Shown one piece after another: positions 29,101-32,000 of a DNA stretch of 32,000 bases. Below the pieces are notes generated by a model. It did not search any database. It saw nothing but the letters and a program-made list of their open reading frames with translations, and had not been told where the DNA came from. The stretch is from an uncultured archaeon. Lineage in GTDB: Archaea > Iainarchaeota > Iainarchaeia > Iainarchaeales > 0-14-0-20-30-16. The DNA lies in contig CAYZSS010000004.1 of NCBI GenBank assembly GCA_964480435.1, positions 1 to 32,000 on the forward strand, read 5' to 3'. A program made the translations under genes and the position numbers. Position 1 is the first letter of the stretch. The number at the start of each line of letters is the position of its first letter.

Positions 29101-32000
29101 AAGAAATGGAGTTTTTAGTTGGAAATGTTGGTGCTTTATTTGTAAAAGGAGAAAATGAAATAATTGTTCCAAAAACTGCTAAACAGGCAACAATAAAAAT
29201 ACCTGTGCAAAATAAATCAAAGCTTCCAATAGACTCGATGCAAATTAATGTTATAAGTTCTACTTTATCAACTAATTTTGCTTTTAATGCAAGAATGGTA
29301 ACTCCGGCAATACCTGCGAATTCTTTGGCTGATATGTCTGTCTCTGTAAATTATAGCGGGGCAGAAGATATGGAAAATGGGGTTGTAGAATTAGAAATTC
29401 TTGGTGTGCAAAATAGTAAAGATATTGTAAGAGTAAGAACAAAAGTATTTGTATATTATAATAAAGAAATAAAAAATGTAAATTGTTTGTGGGTAAGTAA
29501 AGAGTCATTAGTTTATAGTTTGCCTGCAATACAAAATGCAAAAGAAGAAGATTCTTTAGTAGTAAAAAATAACTGTGAATATGATTTGAAAGTAATGCCG
29601 TCTCTTGTTTCAGAAGACTCTGCAAATTATGGTCTGCAAATGCAAATTTTGGGGTTTGATATTAAAAAGGGTGAAGAAAAAGTAGTAAACCTTTCACTTA
29701 TAAATCAAAATCCATCTGTGCAAGCAGATGAAACAAAAATATTATCATTATATTTTGCAACAGACTATTTTACAAAAAATATCCCTGTGAGTGTAACAAT
29801 TTGGAACGCATCAGGTTCATTGTCAATCTTAACTGCTGGACAGATTTTTATTTCTGCATTTAAAGAATTGCAGAGCCAATATGTGCCTGTAATTATTCAA
29901 AATGTTGGACGATTACCAATTTATAATATTCAATTGGCAGCATCTAATAATAAGTATCAAGTACAGTCTGCTCAGCAGTATCCTGATTTGATTAGTAGTT
30001 CTGTAAATTCTAATTCTTCAGGAATTACTAAAGACTATTACGCAAATTTACAAAACGCACAAAGTCAATATAACAGTGTTTATAACAGCCCTTCAATTGG
30101 GTCTAATTTATCTGCTAGTCAAGGAATTAATTTTATACCCGCAACAATTCAGGTTTTGGCTCCTGGGCAGTCTACTATGCTTCAAGGATATATAAATATG
30201 CCATCATCTTCAAAGCAAACAGAAATGTATTATTTGCTTAATGCTAAAGGTACAGTTCAGGGACTTAATCAACCAATAACTGCACAATCAATGTTGGTAA
30301 TACATGTTTCACCTGATAAGTGTGTTACTCTGAAACAAGAAACAAAATTAACTTATATTAGTGATATACTTGGTAAGGATTTAGCAAGAACATTTACTTT
30401 GATAAATAATTGTGCTGAGCCAGTAAATATAACTGGAATAAATGAAAGCGATTTGTTTGGAAATAAAGTTGTTTTGAGTGCACCAAATGGTAGTACAATT
30501 AATCTTGGGCAAGAAAAAGAATTTATTTTAACAATTACTGCAAGTAAAGAAATCTCAAGAGATAATTCAGTATTTGTAAAAGCACAATTGGGGACAAGTA
30601 ATGCTCCATTCAATATACCATTAATTGTTAATTTAAGGTTTGGTGGGGGAGCATCAACATCTGCTGGAGAAGCAAATGTAAGTGAAGAAAAAAGAATAAA
30701 AAATTGTACAACAAATGAAGAAGTATCTGTATTCTATCCAAGAATGTCTAATGCGGATTGTTCCACCATGGGGTATTGTGATGGGGAATCAATGTCTAAA
30801 TTTTTAATTGCAAAATTAAAATTTTATCTGGATGTATATAATAAAAAATTAGCAACAATAAATAACAAATTAATAAATACAAATTGTAAACTTGGTTCAA
30901 CAGCTTGTTCATTTGAAGACTTTGGTTTAGAACCATTAGAAATGGACGTTTATTTTGCGAATGATAAACTAACGGAAGAACAAATGAAACTGGATTTTAA
31001 GAAAATGAATATGGGGCTGTTAGAAACAGCTATAACAGACAAAGTTGTTTTAACTGATGTTACCTCTACTTGGGCAAAAAGATTGTATTTAGATAAACAA
31101 TTAGACGGCTGTGGAAAATATAAAATAAGAATTACTGGTGCAGTAATGGTAATTAATAATGATTCAATACAAAGAGATAGTTACAACATGTATATCGAGG
31201 TTTTAAGTAAAGAAAAAACCCCGCAGTGTGATATTAAAGTACAAAACGCCTTGAACTTTTTGCCAAAAGATGCACAAACAAAAAAAGATAATCCTTATGG
31301 ATTAAGAATAGGTTACGTTGATTATGCGTCAAGTAATTTAGAAAAAATAGCAGCAAAAGTTTCAACAAGTTTGTTTAGTGTGGATAGGTATATGAAATCA
31401 AAACCAAATACTATTTTCTTGAAAACAGATTCTGTTGCAGAAGGAAATTTAGTTGAATTTAGTATTGCAAAAACAGGAACAGATGTGGTGACTACTGTAA
31501 AAATAAATAAAAATTTGGACCTTTCAAATGTTGCAATTATTGATGATATAGTAAAAGCAATTATGGGCTTTATAAATGGAAATTTTGATGGCTGTATGAA
31601 TCTTACTTCTGATGGAGTTCCTAATTCAGCACAGGTGAAGTCCGGAACAGGTGGAATAACAGGGACTAAAAAAGATGCAAAAGAAGTATACTCAGGGGAT
31701 ATAAAAATAGGTGTTTGTGATAAACTGCCTCTGGGAAAAGGAAAATGGTCTTGTACTATAAATTTAGAATCACAATCTTTGGGTAGATTAAATTTGGCTT
31801 TGACTTACCCTGAAGGAACTGGGTTTGAAGCTTATATTGACTCTCCTGGCCAAAAATCAAAATCAGTGGATTTGAAAAAAAATGGCAATAAATATGAGGG
31901 TAGCTCAAAAATTACTGTTGAGATTAGTGATCCTTTCTTGGTTAATTCAGGGGCAAATAATGATAGTGTTGGTTTGTTCTACTATGCCGAAAAAGATGGT
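26109..32000 (+). CDS. Giant membrane-anchored surface protein, at least 1964 aa; 3' end outside the window (absent from the ORF track)
   Basis: I translated 26109-32000 by hand. ATG 26109 opens a frame with no stop through nt 32000 (5892 nt, 1964 codons). The 48-aa cytoplasmic tail contains the duplication FLDAKGIPA/FLEEKGIPA. A TM helix (MWFTLLMILVIISVIVLLVTIIF) lies at nt 26253-26321. Six tandem carboxypeptidase-regulatory-like domains follow, then further beta-sandwich-like segments and Cys-containing regions. All minus-strand track ORFs in this span are antisense artefacts. Confidence 0.9.
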   Translation, partial: MTMGLGEFFGKINEKMNSGYNKIVEFLDAKGIPAQKYTDFLEEKGIPAMWFTLLMILVIISVIVLLVTIIFTPSTNLTISIMTNDGFSPDSVFLNITKVADGQVIISEQVKDGTEIKIKGVGVGDSLYFSGTLEGYSYDSPNNVSISEKNLTVTLIFNKEEQTGSVSFKVINKEEQTSVANALISFSDSGDTLSSGPTDEYGAFKLILPMKKINVTVDKDGYEPYSKTIDLLEGNDYIIELVPKEFDPNAEGNFKFIVKDTSLNSLNNVSIDVYNLKTNSKIGTALTNTDGIGIFNTKKGTSIRFVAKKEGYETFDSNIEGISRTLVTDEELISLSMFAGGSKLKVIVKDELGVTLDNVYVALYTSMLLEQMQETTDIGGVAEFSGLDYTILKYASVYKEGYYPQTQTIDGSGEITFTLEKVDLSKAAIVDVFCVDSDKKPVGDAFLELSYDENSELFPLAYPNPTTSVTGYFTFNFKPDVVLYASASTEEGYGSASLLLKQGRNRLDISMTKTGSKFTMYLYDKDGNPLSNAHVMLFDKQGNLVFDGYTDATGKIEADALGNKELDMYVTDENGNNYSMTINPKDKMQIKLDAAKNTDNLFVALSKVTDLEGNEVSALQKGKTYFLLFNIFWPAGFYNGGLHVRVGKDSDKFAASQDVGIIGYDGIADSVKYGIMFSPLPLPGDYSTDYYSTGSAGQFNKWMELYFSAPSGNSTVKVRIKSKANTDINSFEVRYRAWTDEAGTISRMPVDNILGQEENTKTKYGLYADAYMKEISLMSGSLNCQYDVCVSYKIIDDQYTYDIAKFNSVLDYYYALDVELTSTSEQNLSLSVQTEDNPKLYLNNVDMDATTFNPGTENNTKLNTSFDLGAMENKTIRVYFNPFKEGLTKIDVKTITPKGVIEKTIPVNIFPKKEMQVILSSDFIPTGQDFFVIVKESNGDYIPNAQITISDNKTKQNKMFIEGTGQIDLGKEGKYTIKNSLDSAFYLMSVSAPGYLPKEMEFLVGNVGALFVKGENEIIVPKTAKQATIKIPVQNKSKLPIDSMQINVISSTLSTNFAFNARMVTPAIPANSLADMSVSVNYSGAEDMENGVVELEILGVQNSKDIVRVRTKVFVYYNKEIKNVNCLWVSKESLVYSLPAIQNAKEEDSLVVKNNCEYDLKVMPSLVSEDSANYGLQMQILGFDIKKGEEKVVNLSLINQNPSVQADETKILSLYFATDYFTKNIPVSVTIWNASGSLSILTAGQIFISAFKELQSQYVPVIIQNVGRLPIYNIQLAASNNKYQVQSAQQYPDLISSSVNSNSSGITKDYYANLQNAQSQYNSVYNSPSIGSNLSASQGINFIPATIQVLAPGQSTMLQGYINMPSSSKQTEMYYLLNAKGTVQGLNQPITAQSMLVIHVSPDKCVTLKQETKLTYISDILGKDLARTFTLINNCAEPVNITGINESDLFGNKVVLSAPNGSTINLGQEKEFILTITASKEISRDNSVFVKAQLGTSNAPFNIPLIVNLRFGGGASTSAGEANVSEEKRIKNCTTNEEVSVFYPRMSNADCSTMGYCDGESMSKFLIAKLKFYLDVYNKKLATINNKLINTNCKLGSTACSFEDFGLEPLEMDVYFANDKLTEEQMKLDFKKMNMGLLETAITDKVVLTDVTSTWAKRLYLDKQLDGCGKYKIRITGAVMVINNDSIQRDSYNMYIEVLSKEKTPQCDIKVQNALNFLPKDAQTKKDNPYGLRIGYVDYASSNLEKIAAKVSTSLFSVDRYMKSKPNTIFLKTDSVAEGNLVEFSIAKTGTDVVTTVKINKNLDLSNVAIIDDIVKAIMGFINGNFDGCMNLTSDGVPNSAQVKSGTGGITGTKKDAKEVYSGDIKIGVCDKLPLGKGKWSCTINLESQSLGRLNLALTYPEGTGFEAYIDSPGQKSKSVDLKKNGNKYEGSSKITVEISDPFLVNSGANNDSVGLFYYAEKDG
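26337..27885 (+). repeat. Six tandem domains of about 86-90 aa, carboxypeptidase-regulatory-like / PEGA-like beta-sandwiches (coding repeat)
   Basis: Each unit has a V-x-V-x-D...(N/D)(A/V)-x-(V/I)...TD-x-x-G-x-(F/A)...(E/D)GY-x-(P/T) pattern. An example is NVSIDVYNLKTNSKIGTALTNTDGIGIFNTKKGTSIRFVAKKEGYETF. The (E/D)GY codons recur at 26508, 26766, 27036, 27306 and 27579 (spacing 258-273 nt). A seventh, isolated copy lies at about 28851-29120. Confidence 0.7.

Noticed and set aside
26519-30613. Short minus-strand ORFs (26519-26701, 27990-28202, 28626-28856, 28987-29172, 29284-29625, 30353-30613)
   Set aside because: All lie antisense within the uninterrupted 5.9-kb plus-strand ORF starting at 26109. 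Their translations are low-complexity with no domain-like sequence.
1-32000. Search for tRNA, rRNA, other structured RNA genes, CRISPR arrays, IS elements, integrases, and prophage or plasmid genes
   Set aside because: All intergenic regions are short (127 nt or less) and AT-rich, with no GC-rich islands of tRNA size. No long DNA-level direct or inverted repeats flank any block. No transposase- or integrase-like ORF is present.

Overview
This is an AT-rich archaeal chromosomal segment. Hand counts on a few 60-nt lines give about 20% GC in poorly conserved genes and about 40% in conserved ones. The gene content fits a small-genome, DPANN-like archaeon. It carries archaea/eukaryote-type informational genes: ribosomal proteins L15e, S15 and S3Ae, RNase P protein subunits Rpp30 and Pop5, the KEOPS kinase Bud32, UPF0147 and a PAC2-family chaperone. 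I support 29 protein-coding genes. I found no tRNA, rRNA, CRISPR array, transposase or integrase.

The main feature is the investment in the cell envelope. By my coordinates about 18 kb of 32 kb encodes secreted or membrane-anchored proteins:
- A 5'-truncated Cys-rich repeat protein (1-2436) is followed by a leaderless operon of four pilin-like genes (2473-5268).
- A polytopic membrane protein is translationally coupled to a 1458-aa orphan envelope protein (6507-11384).
- A MacB-type ABC operon has an embedded CARDB-like surface protein and a divergent membrane-bound wHTH regulator (19714-23647).
- A 351-aa anchored protein lies at 24926-25981.
- A giant ORF of at least 1964 codons (26109-32000) is absent from the supplied ORF track because it has no stop inside the window.

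Other calls are a patatin-like phospholipase, a minimal archaeosortase-family protein, an HExxH membrane peptidase and MgtE.

First genes of transcription units have a TATA-like box centred about 26 nt upstream of the start codon, which implies leaderless mRNAs. Internal operon genes carry a GGTGA-type Shine-Dalgarno 4-5 nt upstream of ATG.

All functional calls rest on motifs read by eye and on remembered family signatures. No database search was run.
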